Positions 25,520 to 35,825 of a DNA stretch of 50,514 nt are shown one piece after another. Source of the DNA: a virus. Lineage: Duplodnaviria > Heunggongvirae > Uroviricota > Caudoviricetes. Both the position numbers and the translations under genes were made by a program. How positions within the stretch are numbered: the first letter of the stretch is position 1; each line of letters opens with the position of its first letter. Where the stretch lies: the IMG/VR virus record IMGVR_UViG_2534681773_000022; one strand, 5' to 3'. The notes under the pieces were generated by a model that was not told the DNA's origin, ran no database searches, and worked only from the letters and a program-made list of their open reading frames with translations.

Positions 25520-25531
25520 GGGCGGCGACCT
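25520..25531. other. cosN cohesive-end site (GGGCGGCGACCT), with cosB between it and Nu1
   Basis: Exact match to the lambda 12-nt cohesive end in the lambda context (...GATCGTTACG|GGGCGGCGACCTCGCGG...), about 186 bp upstream of Nu1. Confidence 0.75.
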
Positions 25532-25705
25532 CGCGGTTTTTCACTATTTATGAAAATTTTTCAGGGAAAATCGTGTCGGTACTTCTCGAATATAACTTTT
25601 TGTTTTTTTAATATTGCATTCATAAATGTCCGACATGAAAGTGTCCGAAAATGCCTTTTTCTGGCGTTTTCATGTCGGGCCTTGTATTTGATAATGGGTT
25701 GTTCT

Positions 25706-26254
25706 ATGAAGGTTAATAAAAAGAGGCTTGCCGAAATTTTTAACGTGGACCCGCGGACGATTGAACGCTGGCAGTCTCAGGGGCTCCCTTGCGTCTCCAA
25801 AGGCAGTAAGGGCATTGAATCTGTATTTGATACTGCCATGGCAATTCAGTGGTATGCGCAGAGGGAAACTGATATCGAAAACGAAAAGCTCCGCAAAGAA
25901 CTGGCCGATTTGCGTGCGGCAGCGGAGTCAGATTTACAACCCGGCACCATTGACTATGAACGCTACCGGCTCACAAAAGCGCAGGCAGATGCGCAGGAAC
26001 TGAAAAATGCCCGTGAAGACGGAGTGGTGCTGGAAACTGAACTGTTTACCTTCATTCTGCAACGTGTGGCACAGGAGATTTCGGGGATACTTGTGCGTGT
26101 GCCGTTGACATTACAGCGTAAATATCCGGACATTTCACCATCACACCTTGATGTGGTGAAAACTGAAATCGCGAAAGCCTCCAATGTTGCAGCTAAGGCC
26201 GGTGAAAACGTGGGCGGGTGGATCGATGATTTCAGACGCACAGAAGGCAGCTAA
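25706..26254 (+). CDS. nu1: Terminase small subunit Nu1
   Basis: [28 protein letters not shown]... closely resembles lambda Nu1 (winged HTH N-terminus); follows cos. Confidence 0.9.
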   Translation: MKVNKKRLAEIFNVDPRTIERWQSQGLPCVSKGSKGIESVFDTAMAIQWYAQRETDIENEKLRKELADLRAAAESDLQPGTIDYERYRLTKAQADAQELKNAREDGVVLETELFTFILQRVAQEISGILVRVPLTLQRKYPDISPSHLDVVKTEIAKASNVAAKAGENVGGWIDDFRRTEGS

Positions 26255-28154
26255 TGCAGCCGGTGCGATAGCTACAGGGCTTTTATCTCTCATTATTCCT
26301 GTTCCACTGACGACAGTTCAGTGGGCCAATAAACATTATTACCTTCCTAAAGAGTCGTCTTATACCCCGGGGCGGTGGGAAACACTGCCGTTTCAGGTTG
26401 GCATCATGAACTGTATGGGCAACGATTTGATTCGCACTGTTAACCTGATTAAATCTGCCCGTGTTGGTTATACAAAGATGTTGCTGGGAGTGGAGGCTTA
26501 TTTTATTGAGCATAAATCACGCAACAGCCTTCTTTTTCAGCCCACGGACTCAGCTGCTGAAGATTTTATGAAATCTCATGTTGAGCCAACGATAAGGGAT
26601 GTTCCTGCATTGCTGGAGCTGGCTCCATGGTTCGGAAGAAAACACCGCGATAATACGCTCACCCTGAAGCGTTTTTCCTCCGGTGTGGGTTTCTGGTGTC
26701 TGGGGGGAGCGGCAGCAAAAAACTACCGTGAAAAATCCGTGGATGTGGTTTGTTATGACGAGCTTTCCTCGTTCGAACCGGATGTTGAAAAAGAGGGTTC
26801 GCCAACCCTGCTGGGGGATAAACGTATTGAGGGCTCTGTATGGCCAAAATCCATTCGCGGCTCGACGCCTAAAATCAAAGGCTCCTGCCAGATCGAAAAA
26901 GCCGCTAACGAGTCGGCACATTTCATGCGTTTTTATGTGCCCTGTCCGCACTGTGGGGAGGAGCAGTATCTGAAATTTGGCGATGATGCCTCGCCTTTCG
27001 GTCTTAAGTGGGAGAAGAATAAGCCAGAAAGTGTTTTCTACCTTTGTGAGCATCATGGCTGTGTGATCCATCAGTCTGAGCTTGACCAGAGTAACGGGCG
27101 GTGGATCTGTGAAAACACGGGCATGTGGACTCGTGACGGTCTGACATTTTTCAGCGCCGCGGATAATGAAATTCCGCCGCCGCGCTCCATCACATTCCAT
27201 ATCTGGACGGCGTACAGTCCGTTCACCACCTGGGTACAGATTGTCTATGACTGGCTGGATGCACTGAAAGATCCCAACGGCCTGAAAACCTTTGTGAACA
27301 CCACGCTGGGCGAGACCTGGGAAGAGGCCGTGGGCGAAAAACTCGATCACCAGGTGCTGATGGATAAGGTTGTGCGTTACACGGCTGCGGTGCCTTCCCG
27401 GGTGGTTTATCTGACGGCGGGCATTGACTCGCAGCGAAACCGTTTTGAGATGTATGTCTGGGGATGGGCTCCGGGAGAGGAAGCCTTTCTGGTGGATAAA
27501 ATCATCATTATGGGGCGTCCCGATGAGGAAGAGACGCTGTTACGTGTGGATGTGGCGATCAACAAAAAATACCGCCATGCAGACGGAACCGAAATGACCA
27601 TTTCCCGTGTCTGCTGGGACACCGGGGGGATCGATGGCGAAATTGTCTATCAGAGGTCAAAAAAACACGGTGTTTTCCGGGTGCTGCCGGTAAAAGGTGC
27701 ATCTGTTTATGGCAAGCCGGTGATCACCATGCCAAAAACCCGCAATCAGCGGGGCGTGTATCTGTGCGAAGTGGGGACGGACACCGCAAAAGAAATTCTC
27801 TATGCCCGTATGAAAGCCGATCCCACGCCTGCGGATGAAGCCACGTCGTATGCCATCCGTTTTCCTGATGATCCGGAGATTTTTTCGCAGACAGAGGCGC
27901 AGCAACTGGTGGCGGAAGAGCTTGTGGAGAAGTGGGAAAAAGGAAAGATGCGTCTGCTGTGGGATAACAAAAAGCGGCGTAACGAAGCGCTGGACTGCCT
28001 GGTGTATGCCTACGCGGCATTACGTGTGTCCGTGCAACGCTGGCAGCTTGATCTGGCTGTACTGGCAAAATCCCGGGAAGAAGAGACGACCCGGCCAACC
28101 CTTAAAGAACTGGCAGCGAAGCTGTCCGGAGGAGTGAATGGTTACAGTCGCTGA
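26226..28154 (+). CDS. A: Terminase large subunit gpA
   Basis: 643-aa ORF closely resembling lambda gpA throughout; start overlaps the end of Nu1. Confidence 0.9.
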   Translation: MISDAQKAANAAGAIATGLLSLIIPVPLTTVQWANKHYYLPKESSYTPGRWETLPFQVGIMNCMGNDLIRTVNLIKSARVGYTKMLLGVEAYFIEHKSRNSLLFQPTDSAAEDFMKSHVEPTIRDVPALLELAPWFGRKHRDNTLTLKRFSSGVGFWCLGGAAAKNYREKSVDVVCYDELSSFEPDVEKEGSPTLLGDKRIEGSVWPKSIRGSTPKIKGSCQIEKAANESAHFMRFYVPCPHCGEEQYLKFGDDASPFGLKWEKNKPESVFYLCEHHGCVIHQSELDQSNGRWICENTGMWTRDGLTFFSAADNEIPPPRSITFHIWTAYSPFTTWVQIVYDWLDALKDPNGLKTFVNTTLGETWEEAVGEKLDHQVLMDKVVRYTAAVPSRVVYLTAGIDSQRNRFEMYVWGWAPGEEAFLVDKIIIMGRPDEEETLLRVDVAINKKYRHADGTEMTISRVCWDTGGIDGEIVYQRSKKHGVFRVLPVKGASVYGKPVITMPKTRNQRGVYLCEVGTDTAKEILYARMKADPTPADEATSYAIRFPDDPEIFSQTEAQQLVAEELVEKWEKGKMRLLWDNKKRRNEALDCLVYAYAALRVSVQRWQLDLAVLAKSREEETTRPTLKELAAKLSGGVNGYSR

Positions 28155-28344
28155 ACTGCAGGCGCTGCGTCAGGCGCGCCTTGATTTATTAACCGGTAAA
28201 CGGGTGGTGTCTGTCCAGAAAGATGGTCGCAGAATTGAATATACGGCAGCTTCTCTGGATGAGCTTAACCGGGCGATCAATGATGCGGAGTCGGTACTGG
28301 GGACAACCCGCCGTCGCCGTCGTCCGCTGGGAGTGAGGTTATGA
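28138..28344 (+). CDS. W: Head-tail joining protein gpW
   Basis: 68-aa ORF resembling lambda W (…LTGKRVVSVQKDGRRIEYTAAS…). Confidence 0.85.
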   Translation: MVTVAELQALRQARLDLLTGKRVVSVQKDGRRIEYTAASLDELNRAINDAESVLGTTRRRRRPLGVRL

Positions 28345-29933
28345 AACGAACGCCTGTCCTGATTGATGTGAACGGCGTTCCGCTTCGGGAGAGCCTCAGC
28401 TACACCGGTGGCGGTGCAGGATTTGGCGGGCAAATGGCAGAGTGGTTGCCACCCTCGCAGAGTGCCGATGCGGCCCTGCTGCCCGCGTTGCGTCTGGGGA
28501 ATGCCCGTGCAGATGATCTGGTGCGCAATAACGGAATAGCGGCCAATGCGGTGGCCCTGCATAAGGATCACATTGTCGGGCATATGTTTCTGATTAGCTA
28601 CCGTCCGAACTGGCGCTGGCTGGGGATGCGGGAGACCGCGGCAAAAAGTTTTGTCGATGAGGTGGAGGCGGCCTGGTCAGAATACGCAGAAGGGATGTTT
28701 GGTGAGATCGACGTGGAAGGGAAACGCACGTTTACGGAATTTATCCGTGAAGGTGTGGGCGTTCATGCGTTTAACGGCGAAATCTTTGTGCAGCCGGTCT
28801 GGGATACGGAGAGTACGCAACTGTTTCGTACGCGTTTTAAAGCCGTGAGTCCGAAACGGGTGGACACGCCAGGACACGGTATCGGGAACCGTTTTCTGCG
28901 GGCCGGTGTGGAGGTTGATCGATATGGCCGTGCCGTTGCGTACCATATCTGTGAGGATGATTTTCCTCGCTCCGGGAGTGGACGATGGGAACGGATCCCG
29001 CGTGAACTACCCACCGGGCGTCCGGCCATGCTGCATATTTTCGAGCCGGTGGAGGACGGGCAGACCCGTGGAGCCAATCAGTTTTACAGCGTTATGGAAC
29101 GGCTGAAGATGCTGGATTCCCTGCAGGCAACACAGCTTCAGTCGGCCATAGTGAAGGCGATGTATGCAGCGACGATTGAAAGTGACCTTGATACCGAAAA
29201 GGCCTTTGAATATATCGCCGGTGCGCCGCAGGAGCAGAAGGATAATCCGCTTATTAATATTCTGGATAAGTTCTCCACCTGGTATGACACGAATAGCGTG
29301 ACGCTGGGCGGTGTCAAAATTCCGCACCTTTTCCCCGGTGATGATCTGAAACTTCAGACCGCGCAGGATTCAGACAATGGATTTTCGGCGCTTGAACAGG
29401 CGCTGCTGCGGTATATCGCCGCCGGTCTTGGCGTTTCCTACGAACAGTTGTCCCGTGATTACTCGAAGGTCAGTTACTCAAGTGCCCGCGCATCCGCCAA
29501 TGAGTCGTGGCGCTATTTTATGGGGCGGCGAAAATTTATTGCGTCCCGGCTGGCCACGCAGATGTTTTCCTGCTGGCTGGAAGAGGCACTTCTTCGGGGG
29601 ATTATTCGTCCGCCACGGGCACGGTTTGATTTTTATCAGGCGCGATCAGCCTGGTCACGGGCTGAGTGGATTGGAGCCGGAAGAATGGCCATTGACGGGC
29701 TCAAGGAGGTTCAGGAATCAGTGATGCGCATTGAGGCCGGACTGAGCACGTATGAGAAAGAGCTGGCGCTGATGGGCGAGGATTATCAGGACATTTTCCG
29801 CCAGCAGGTCAGGGAATCTGCAGAGCGGGAAAAAGCCGGACTCTCACGTCCGGTGTGGATAGCGCAGGCGTATCAGCAGCAGATAGCGGAGAGTCGCAGG
29901 CCGGAAGAGGAGACAACACCACGTGAGACGTAA
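28341..29933 (+). CDS. B: Portal protein gpB
   Basis: 530-aa ORF in the lambda portal position and of lambda-portal size. Confidence 0.9.
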   Translation: MKRTPVLIDVNGVPLRESLSYTGGGAGFGGQMAEWLPPSQSADAALLPALRLGNARADDLVRNNGIAANAVALHKDHIVGHMFLISYRPNWRWLGMRETAAKSFVDEVEAAWSEYAEGMFGEIDVEGKRTFTEFIREGVGVHAFNGEIFVQPVWDTESTQLFRTRFKAVSPKRVDTPGHGIGNRFLRAGVEVDRYGRAVAYHICEDDFPRSGSGRWERIPRELPTGRPAMLHIFEPVEDGQTRGANQFYSVMERLKMLDSLQATQLQSAIVKAMYAATIESDLDTEKAFEYIAGAPQEQKDNPLINILDKFSTWYDTNSVTLGGVKIPHLFPGDDLKLQTAQDSDNGFSALEQALLRYIAAGLGVSYEQLSRDYSKVSYSSARASANESWRYFMGRRKFIASRLATQMFSCWLEEALLRGIIRPPRARFDFYQARSAWSRAEWIGAGRMAIDGLKEVQESVMRIEAGLSTYEKELALMGEDYQDIFRQQVRESAEREKAGLSRPVWIAQAYQQQIAESRRPEEETTPRET

Positions 29934-31428
29934 TCTTTCACACATTATTGCAGCAGCATTCAATGAACCGCTGCTTCTGGAGCCCGCCTATGCGCGGGTT
30001 TTCTTTTGCGCGCTGGGGCGCGAGATGGGGGCAGCAAGTCTTTCGGTACCGCAACAGCAGGTACAGCTTGATGCTCCCGGGATGCTGGCTGAAACGGACG
30101 AGTACATGGCCGGAGGTAAACGACCGGCCCGTGTTTACCGGGTGGTGAACGGTATTGCGGTACTGCCGGTGACCGGCACGCTGGTGCACCGGCTGGGGGG
30201 GATGCGGCCATTTTCCGGAATGACTGGCTATGACGGCATTGTCGCCTGTCTTCAGCAGGCAATGGCAGATAGCCAGGTGCGGGGCATACTGCTGGACATT
30301 GACAGTCCGGGCGGGCAGGCCGCCGGCGCGTTTGACTGCGCTGACATGATTTACCGCCTCCGGCAGCAGAAGCCGGTCTGGGCACTGTGTAATGACACGG
30401 CCTGTTCTGCGGCCATGCTGCTGGCGTCGGCCTGCTCCCGACGGCTGGTTACCCAGACATCCCGTATCGGTTCCATTGGCGTGATGATGAGCCATGTCAG
30501 CTATGCCGGTCATCTGGCGCAGGCCGGTGTGGATATCACGCTGATTTACTCAGGGGCGCACAAGGTGGATGGCAATCAGTTTGAAGCGTTGCCGGCAGAG
30601 GTTCGCCAGGACATGCAGCAGCGGATTGATGCGGCGCGCCGGATGTTTGCCGAAAAAGTGGCGATGTTTACCGGTCTGTCTGTTGATGCAGTCACGGGAA
30701 CAGAGGCCGCTGTTTTTGAAGGTCAGTCCGGCATTGAGGCCGGGCTGGCGGATGAATTAATCAATGCGTCGGATGCCATCAGTGTGATGGCCACGGCGCT
30801 GAACAGTAATGTCAGAGGAGGCACTATGCCGCAATTAACTGCAACGGAAGCCGCCGTGCAGGAGAACCAGCGAGTGATGGGGATCCTGACATGCCAGGAA
30901 GCGAAAGGACGTGAACAGCTTGCCACGATGCTGGCAGGGCAACAGGGCATGAGCGTTGAACAGGCCCGGGCGATTCTGGCCGCGGCGGCACCGCAGCAGC
31001 CGGTGGCATCCGCGCAGAGTGAAGCCGATCGCATTATGGCGTGTGAAGAAGCGAACGGTCGTGAACAACTGGCGGCAACGCTGGCGGCGATGCCGGAGAT
31101 GACGGTGGAAAAAGCCCGCCCGATCCTGGCGGCTGCACCACTGGCGGATGCCGGGCCCTCGCTTCGTGATCAGATCATGGCCCTGGATGAGGCAAAAGGG
31201 GCAGAAGCGCAGGCTGAAAAACTGGCGGCCTGCCCGGGAATGACCGTGGAGAACGCCCGGGCTGTGCTGGCTGCGGGATCAGGTAAGGCCGAACCGGTCT
31301 CTGCATCCACAACCGCCCTGTTTGAACATTTCATGGCGAATCATTCACCGGCAGCGGTGCGGGGTGGCGTGTCACAGACGTCAGCAGACGGTGATGCGGA
31401 CGTGAAAATGCTCATGGCCATGCCATGA
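29923..31428 (+). CDS. C: Head maturation protease gpC (S49/ClpP-like) with C-terminal Nu3-like scaffolding region
   Basis: N-terminal peptidase domain followed by three tandem ~36-aa Ala-rich repeats (…EAKGREQLA…). Confidence 0.85.
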   Translation: MRRNLSHIIAAAFNEPLLLEPAYARVFFCALGREMGAASLSVPQQQVQLDAPGMLAETDEYMAGGKRPARVYRVVNGIAVLPVTGTLVHRLGGMRPFSGMTGYDGIVACLQQAMADSQVRGILLDIDSPGGQAAGAFDCADMIYRLRQQKPVWALCNDTACSAAMLLASACSRRLVTQTSRIGSIGVMMSHVSYAGHLAQAGVDITLIYSGAHKVDGNQFEALPAEVRQDMQQRIDAARRMFAEKVAMFTGLSVDAVTGTEAAVFEGQSGIEAGLADELINASDAISVMATALNSNVRGGTMPQLTATEAAVQENQRVMGILTCQEAKGREQLATMLAGQQGMSVEQARAILAAAAPQQPVASAQSEADRIMACEEANGREQLAATLAAMPEMTVEKARPILAAAPLADAGPSLRDQIMALDEAKGAEAQAEKLAACPGMTVENARAVLAAGSGKAEPVSASTTALFEHFMANHSPAAVRGGVSQTSADGDADVKMLMAMP

Positions 31429-31464
31429 AGTCAGTGCTGACCATCAATATGAGGTTTTAACAAA

Positions 31465-31812
31465 ATGGTGACGAAAACCATCACTGAACAGCGTGCGGAA
31501 GTACGTATTTTTGCCGGTAATGATCCGGCTCATACCGCCACAGGCAGCAGCGGGATTTCTTCTGCAACACCGGCTCTGACGCCCCTGATGCTGGATGAAG
31601 CCACCGGGAAACTGGTGGTCTGGGATGGACAGAAAGCCGGTAGTGCGGTTGGCATACTGGTACTGCCGCTTGAAGGCACAGAGACGGTGCTGACCTATTA
31701 CAAGTCGGGGACCTTTGCGACGGAGGCAATCCGCTGGCCTGACAGTGTGGATGAACACAAAAAGGCAAATGCCTTTGCCGGCACAGCCCTGAGTCACGCG
31801 GCTCTGCCGTAA
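31465..31812 (+). CDS. D: Head decoration protein gpD
   Basis: 115-aa ORF resembling lambda D (…DPAHTAT…PLMLD…YKSGTF…AFAGTA…). Confidence 0.85.
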   Translation: MVTKTITEQRAEVRIFAGNDPAHTATGSSGISSATPALTPLMLDEATGKLVVWDGQKAGSAVGILVLPLEGTETVLTYYKSGTFATEAIRWPDSVDEHKKANAFAGTALSHAALP

Positions 31813-31869
31813 CACGTTATCAGGCCACCATGGTGACCTGACTGATTTCTGAATGAAAGGAACTGATTT

Positions 31870-32898
31870 ATGGGATTGTTTACGACCCGCCAGTTACTCG
31901 GTTATACCGAACAAAAAGTGAAATTCCGTGCGCTGTTTCTGGAGCTGTTTTTCCGCCGTACGGTGAATTTCCACACCGAAGAGGTGATGCTGGACAAAAT
32001 TACCGGAAAAACGCCGGTGGCGGCCTATGTCTCCCCGATCGTTGAAGGAAAAGTGCTTCGCCATCGCGGTGGTGAAACCCGCGTGTTACGTCCGGGCTAC
32101 GTCAAGCCGAAACACGAATTTAATTACCAGCAGGCGGTTGAGCGCCTTCCTGGTGAAGATCCGGCTCAGCTGAACGACCCGGCCTACCGTCGTCTGCGTA
32201 TCATTACCGATAACCTCAAACAGGAAGAGCACGCCATTGTCCAGGTGGAAGAAATGCAGGCGGTGAATGCCGTGCTGTATGGCAAATACACCATGGAAGG
32301 GGATCAGTTTGATACTGTCGAGGTGGATTTCGGGCGCTCTGAAGGAAATAACATTGAGCAGGCTGACGGTAAAAAATGGTCTGAGCAGGACCGTGATACG
32401 TTTGATCCGACGCATGATATTGACCTCTACTGCGATCAGGCCAGCGGCCTTGTGAATATCGCCATTATGGACGGTACGGTCTGGCGTCTGCTGAATGGCT
32501 TTAAGCTGTTCCGCGAAAAACTGGATACCCGTCGCGGCTCAAATTCACAACTCGAAACGGCAGTGAAAGATCTGGGCGCAGTGGTGTCCTTCAAGGGGTA
32601 TTACGGCGATCTGGCCATTGTGGTGGCGAAAACGTCTTATGTGGCAGAGGACGGTACCGAAAAACGTTATCTGCCGGAGGGCATGCTGGTGTTGGGGAAT
32701 ACGGCGGCAGAGGGGATTCGTTGCTATGGTGCCATTAAGGATGCACAGGCGTTGTCTGAAGGAGTGGTGGCTTCTTCCCGTTACCCGAAACACTGGCTGA
32801 CCGTGGGCGATCCGTCCTGTGAATTCACCATGACGCAGTCCGCTCCGCTGATGGTGCTGCCGGATCCGGATGAGTTTGTGGTGGTACAGGTGAAATAA
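31870..32898 (+). CDS. E: Major capsid protein gpE
   Basis: 342-aa ORF closely resembling lambda E; AAAGGA RBS. Confidence 0.9.
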   Translation: MGLFTTRQLLGYTEQKVKFRALFLELFFRRTVNFHTEEVMLDKITGKTPVAAYVSPIVEGKVLRHRGGETRVLRPGYVKPKHEFNYQQAVERLPGEDPAQLNDPAYRRLRIITDNLKQEEHAIVQVEEMQAVNAVLYGKYTMEGDQFDTVEVDFGRSEGNNIEQADGKKWSEQDRDTFDPTHDIDLYCDQASGLVNIAIMDGTVWRLLNGFKLFREKLDTRRGSNSQLETAVKDLGAVVSFKGYYGDLAIVVAKTSYVAEDGTEKRYLPEGMLVLGNTAAEGIRCYGAIKDAQALSEGVVASSRYPKHWLTVGDPSCEFTMTQSAPLMVLPDPDEFVVVQVK

Positions 32899-32906
32899 TC
32901 CGTGAG

Positions 32907-32936
32907 CGGGGGCGAAATGCCCCCGTGTCTTTTTTC
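32907..32936 (+). terminator. Hairpin + T-tract immediately after the major capsid gene
   Basis: CGGGGG-cgaaatg-CCCCCG followed by TGTCTTTTTTC. Confidence 0.45.
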
Positions 32937-32949
32937 ACAGGAGGCTGAG

Positions 32950-33333
32950 ATGGCAACAAAAGAAGAAAATCTGAATCGTCTTCGTCAACTGGCTGACCTG
33001 CTGGGGCGCGAGGCGGATATGTCGGGGAGTGCTGCGGATATTGCTCAACGTGTGTCTGAGTGGGAAGAGGAGCTTGCTGTTTCCCCGGAGGGCATTATGC
33101 ACTCTGATGAGAGCGGGGCTGATCAAAATCACACAGACGATGGTGAGCAGTTGAACAACACGGATGCTCCGGATGATGTTAAAGCCGTCCGGGTACGGAA
33201 GTGCCTGCAAGTAATGGGGTATTGCCCGGAGACAGGTCGTCCCGTTGAGCTGGCGTTACGGGGTATGCGTGTTCTGGTGCCATCATCACTGGCAACGGCC
33301 ATGATACAGCACGGAACGGCTGAATATGCGTGA
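32950..33333 (+). CDS. FI: DNA-packaging protein gpFI
   Basis: 127-aa acidic ORF with AGGAGG RBS at the lambda FI position. Confidence 0.65.
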   Translation: MATKEENLNRLRQLADLLGREADMSGSAADIAQRVSEWEEELAVSPEGIMHSDESGADQNHTDDGEQLNNTDAPDDVKAVRVRKCLQVMGYCPETGRPVELALRGMRVLVPSSLATAMIQHGTAEYA

Positions 33334-33679
33334 TTTTCAGAATGCCTTTGATGCTGCCCTCGCCGGGGTAGACAGTACGATCGTTGAAGTGATGGGGCTC
33401 TGTGCGCAGTTCACCTCGGGGGCACAGTGTGGCAGCGAAGTTCAGGGGGTTTTTGATGATCCGGAGTCGCTGGGGTTTGCCGGTGGCGGGGTCCGTATTG
33501 AAGGAAGCAGCCCGTCATTATTTGTGCGGACGGATACGGTTCGTGCCGTGCGGCGTGGTGACACGCTGACCATTAATGGTGAGATATTCTGGGTGGATCG
33601 TGTTTCTCCGGATGACGGGGGCAGCTGTTATCTCTGGCTCAACCGTGGTCAACCACCCGCAGTTAACCGGCGACGATAA
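33326..33679 (+). CDS. FII: Head-tail connector protein gpFII
   Basis: 117-aa ORF closely resembling lambda FII (…FWVDRVSPDDGGSC…PPAVNRRR). Confidence 0.85.
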   Translation: MRDFQNAFDAALAGVDSTIVEVMGLCAQFTSGAQCGSEVQGVFDDPESLGFAGGGVRIEGSSPSLFVRTDTVRAVRRGDTLTINGEIFWVDRVSPDDGGSCYLWLNRGQPPAVNRRR

Positions 33680-33694
33680 ACGCAGGGTGAAATT

Positions 33695-34228
33695 ATGGCG
33701 ATAAAAGGGCTTGATCAGGCGATTGACAATCTGAGCCGGGTTCGTAAAAACGCCATTCCGGCGGCTTCAGCAATGGCCATTAACCGCGTGGCCACAACGG
33801 CGATTAATCAGTCTTCATCACAGGTTGCCCGGGAGACAAAGGTTCGCCGGAAACTGGTTAAGGAACGGTCCAGACTGAAACGGGCGACGGTCAGAAATCC
33901 GAATGCCAGAATTATCGTTAACCGCGGTGATCTCCCTGTGATTAAGCTGGGGATCAGGATGCTGGGGCGTCGCCCGAACAGCATACTTAAAGCCGGTCAG
34001 CATCGGTATCAGCGGGCATTTATTCAGCGATTAAAAAATGGTCGCTGGCATGTCATGCAGCGTGTGGCCGGGAAAAACCGTTACCCCATTGATGTGGTGA
34101 AAATCCCGATGGCGGCCCCACTGAAACAGGCATTTGATGAGAATGTTGACCGTATCCGGCGTGAACGCCTGCCTAAAGAACTGGCATACGCGCTGAAACA
34201 ACAACTGAGGATTGCAATAAAACGATGA
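33695..34228 (+). CDS. Z: Tail completion protein gpZ
   Basis: 177-aa ORF resembling lambda Z (MAIKGL…KNGRWHVMQRVAGKNRYPIDVVKIPMA…). Confidence 0.85.
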   Translation: MAIKGLDQAIDNLSRVRKNAIPAASAMAINRVATTAINQSSSQVARETKVRRKLVKERSRLKRATVRNPNARIIVNRGDLPVIKLGIRMLGRRPNSILKAGQHRYQRAFIQRLKNGRWHVMQRVAGKNRYPIDVVKIPMAAPLKQAFDENVDRIRRERLPKELAYALKQQLRIAIKR

Positions 34229-34620
34229 AACACACTGACATTCGTGCCGCAGTGCTGGATGCACTCGAGCAGCATGAACACGGGGCGACGCTGTTTGATG
34301 GTCGCCCCGTTGTTTTTGACGAAGAGGATTTTCCTGCGATCGCGGTTTATCTGACGGATGCAGAGTATACCGGTGAAGAGCTGGATGCAGATACCTGGCG
34401 GGCCACGCTGCATATTGAGGTGTTTTTACCGGCACAGGTACCGGATTCAGAGCTTGATCAGTGGATGGAAAGCCGGATTTACCCGGCGATGACCGCGATC
34501 CCGGCACTGGCAGGACTGATTACCACGATGGTTACGCAGGGCTATGAGTATCGTCGTGATGACGATATGGCGTTATGGAGTTCTGCAGATCTGACTTATT
34601 CCATTACATACGAGATGTGA
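34225..34620 (+). CDS. U: Tail terminator protein gpU
   Basis: 131-aa ORF closely resembling lambda U. Confidence 0.85.
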   Translation: MKHTDIRAAVLDALEQHEHGATLFDGRPVVFDEEDFPAIAVYLTDAEYTGEELDADTWRATLHIEVFLPAQVPDSELDQWMESRIYPAMTAIPALAGLITTMVTQGYEYRRDDDMALWSSADLTYSITYEM

Positions 34621-34627
34621 GGACGAT

Positions 34628-35380
34628 ATGGCAACACCAAATCCCCTTGAGCCGGTAAAAGGTGCCGGTACCACTCTGTGGGTTTACAACGGCAAGGGTG
34701 ATGCTTATGCAAACCCGTTGTCAGACGATGACTGGCAGCGACTGGCTAAGGTGAAGGATCTGACGCCGGGCGAGATGACGGCAGAATCCTACGATGATAA
34801 CTACCTGGATGATGAAGACGCGGACTGGACCGCGACCGGGCAGGGGCAGAAATCTGCAGGTGATACCAGTTTTACGCTGGCCTGGAAACCGGGAGAGGAA
34901 GGCCAGAAAGGGCTTATAGGCTGGTTTGAAAGCGGCGATGTCCGGGCCTATAAAATCCGTTTTCCGAATGGCACGGTGGATGTGTTTCGTGGCTGGGTCA
35001 GCAGTATCGGTAAGGCCGTGACGGCGAAAGAAGTGATCACCCGCACGGTGAAAGTCACTAACGTGGGTAAACCTTCTGTAGCGGAAGAACGCAGCAAAAT
35101 TACGCCGGTCAGTGCGATTAAGGTGACGCCGACATCCGGTACGGTGGCAAAAGGGAAAACAACCACCCTGACGGTTTCTTTTGAGCCGGAAAGTGCAACC
35201 GACAAGACGTTCAGAGCGGTTTCCGCCGATCCGTCGAAAGCCACCATTAGTGTGAAAGATATGACAATTACGGTAAATGGCGTGGCGACAGGTAAGGTGC
35301 AGATCCCTGTGGTGAGCGGAAATGGTCAGTTCGCCGCAGTGGCTGAAGTCACCGTTACTGAAGCGGGCGCTGCAGGGTAA
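34628..35380 (+). CDS. V: Major tail tube protein gpV (with C-terminal Ig-like domain)
   Basis: 250-aa ORF closely resembling lambda V. Confidence 0.9.
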   Translation: MATPNPLEPVKGAGTTLWVYNGKGDAYANPLSDDDWQRLAKVKDLTPGEMTAESYDDNYLDDEDADWTATGQGQKSAGDTSFTLAWKPGEEGQKGLIGWFESGDVRAYKIRFPNGTVDVFRGWVSSIGKAVTAKEVITRTVKVTNVGKPSVAEERSKITPVSAIKVTPTSGTVAKGKTTTLTVSFEPESATDKTFRAVSADPSKATISVKDMTITVNGVATGKVQIPVVSGNGQFAAVAEVTVTEAGAAG

Positions 35381-35393
35381 ACGGAGGTAATAC

Positions 35394-35825
35394 ATGTTTC
35401 TGAAAACAGAACAATTTGAATATAACGGTGTGTCTGTCACGCTTTCCGAATTGTCTGCGCTGCAGCGTATCGAGCATCTTGCCCTCCTGAAACGGCGTGC
35501 AGAACAGGCAGAATCCTGCGGCAACCTGCAGGTAAGCGTGGAAGATCTCGTCAGAACCGGCGCGTTTCTGGTGGCGATGTCCCTGTGGCATAACCATCCA
35601 CAGAAAACGCAGTCACCGTCAATGAATGAGGCCGTGATGAAGATAGAGCAGGAAGTGCTCACCACCTGGCCTGCCGATGCCATTGCCCGGGCGGAAGACG
35701 TGGTGTTGTGCCTGTCTGGGATGATCGAAGCTGTTCGTCCGGATACTGATATTACTGAAGTGGCGAAAAATAACACGCTGACTGATGATGATTTTTCTGC
35801 GGGAAAGTCTTCGACGGCGAGCTGA
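35394..35825 (+). CDS. G: Tail assembly chaperone gpG
   Basis: 143-aa ORF resembling lambda G; slippery heptamer near its 3' end. Confidence 0.85.
   Translation: MFLKTEQFEYNGVSVTLSELSALQRIEHLALLKRRAEQAESCGNLQVSVEDLVRTGAFLVAMSLWHNHPQKTQSPSMNEAVMKIEQEVLTTWPADAIARAEDVVLCLSGMIEAVRPDTDITEVAKNNTLTDDDFSAGKSSTAS

Noticed and set aside
25411-25611. 66-aa ORF spanning the cos site
   Set aside because: Covers cosN/cosB, which are cis-acting DNA sites conserved with lambda; no RBS.
26550-27350. 266-aa minus-strand ORF antisense to terminase gpA
   Set aside because: Overlaps a conserved terminase gene; no start context.
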